A program made the translations under genes and the position numbers. 64,000 nucleotides of DNA from the human T2T-CHM13v2.0 reference genome, Homo sapiens: assembly GCF_009914755.1 (NCBI RefSeq), contig NC_060926.1, one strand, 5' to 3'. Below the pieces are notes generated by a model. It was not told where the DNA came from. It did not search any database and saw nothing but the letters and a program-made list of their open reading frames with translations. Positions 62,871 through 64,000 of this stretch are shown one piece after another (within the stretch, counting starts at the first letter, position 1; each line of letters starts with the position of its first letter).

Positions 62871-64000
62871 AGCATTGATAGCTCTGGTTGATGTTAGCTT
62901 TCCCTGTCACTGACTGGTCCTTTATTATCCTTTATTATGGCTTATAAATGTCAGTTTTCAGTGTCTGAATGCATTTCACTGAGAGAAGGAAAGAAAAGAG
63001 GCGCTGTAGAGGGAAAAGGAAGTGGGGAAAAGCCTAGACTTTTTTTAAGGAGAGGAAATGTGCCAGTGAGCTTTGTGGAAGTTGTTTCAGCATGGAGCAG
63101 TTATACATGTTGCCAGATGTGGAGTCTCAACAATCTCAGAGGGTCAGCCTCTTTAGCTATGAAGTGTTGCTTTATGCCCTCCAGAAATTATCCCTCTCTC
63201 CCCTCCACCTGCTGCTCATCCCATCCCCCTTTTCTCTCTACTCACCCTAATGATCCATCTCACAAGAGATGGCATGTCTCAAATGGCAAGAACAGGAAGT
63301 GACAAACATAGACAGTGTTGGTAATATCGAAATGAAAAGAAATAATTGTCTCTGATTAAGATGAGACTAGAAAGACATTGACATTGCTCTTTGTAGCATG
63401 TACTAGGGAGCACCCAAATCTCTAAGAGAGGACTAAAGTGTGGCATTTTGCAAACTTACTTTACAATTGTACCCATTGTCTGTTGACTATTCAGTGGGAA
63501 TAACATTCTACAAAAACATTCTTTAGCAAATGTGGATGTAGGCAATGAGATCCAGGGGGTTTTCAAGAAATACAGGTGAAGATGACATTTGTGCTTTAGC
63601 AATAACTCTTAAAGAAATGTGGAGGATGGGTTAGAGAGGAAACAGAATGTCAGGGAGGCCAGTGAGGGCTATTTCAGTAGTCTAAGTAAAAATATTAAAG
63701 TCCTGAACTAATCTTAGTAGTTATTAAAGCAACCTCCCAGATAACGCAGGATCCCATATCCCTGACAGAAGAGCCACTGATGCTTCTGTGTCCATGAAAC
63801 AGCTAATAAAAACTGATGTTTGAGCCTAAGCATTAAGAATGTTTTCCTGATAGGGAGCTAAAATAATCTTTGAAAATCACACCCAAAATATTAGTCCTGC
63901 CCTTTGAAGCTATGCAGAACAGGTTGCTTGTTCACTAAGAAAAAGATGTATATATCAAGTGCTGTCTTACAAGTGGGAATACAAAGGTGAGGAAGGCATA

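Overview
This is AT-rich primate nuclear DNA with no CpG island, almost certainly human because an Alu with all five Ya5 diagnostic bases is present. It reads as intronic or intergenic. I find no credible cellular protein-coding gene: the ORF track is explained by Alu, L1 ORF2, purine-pyrimidine microsatellites and chance. The window is largely a layered record of mobile DNA: about 15 Alus, young and old L1, HAL1, MIR, L2, ERV1/ERVL/MaLR solo LTRs and DNA-transposon fossils. I see no evidence for a new multi-gene system. The notable items are structural. (1) A three-armed Alu in which a young AluYa5 appears to have inserted into an older AluY and overwritten its left arm, all inside one TSD. 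(2) A ~150 bp inverted copy of a neighbouring Alu segment embedded in a TA/CA minisatellite. (3) An ~85 bp mitochondrial ND5 NUMT. (4) An old L1MA with twin-priming geometry. (5) A perfect 84 bp duplication with a templated-looking junction. (6) An Alu monomer made by left/right arm collapse. (7) A few candidate exons and an E-box cluster. Repeat family names come from recalled consensus sequences, and boundaries of old repeats are approximate.
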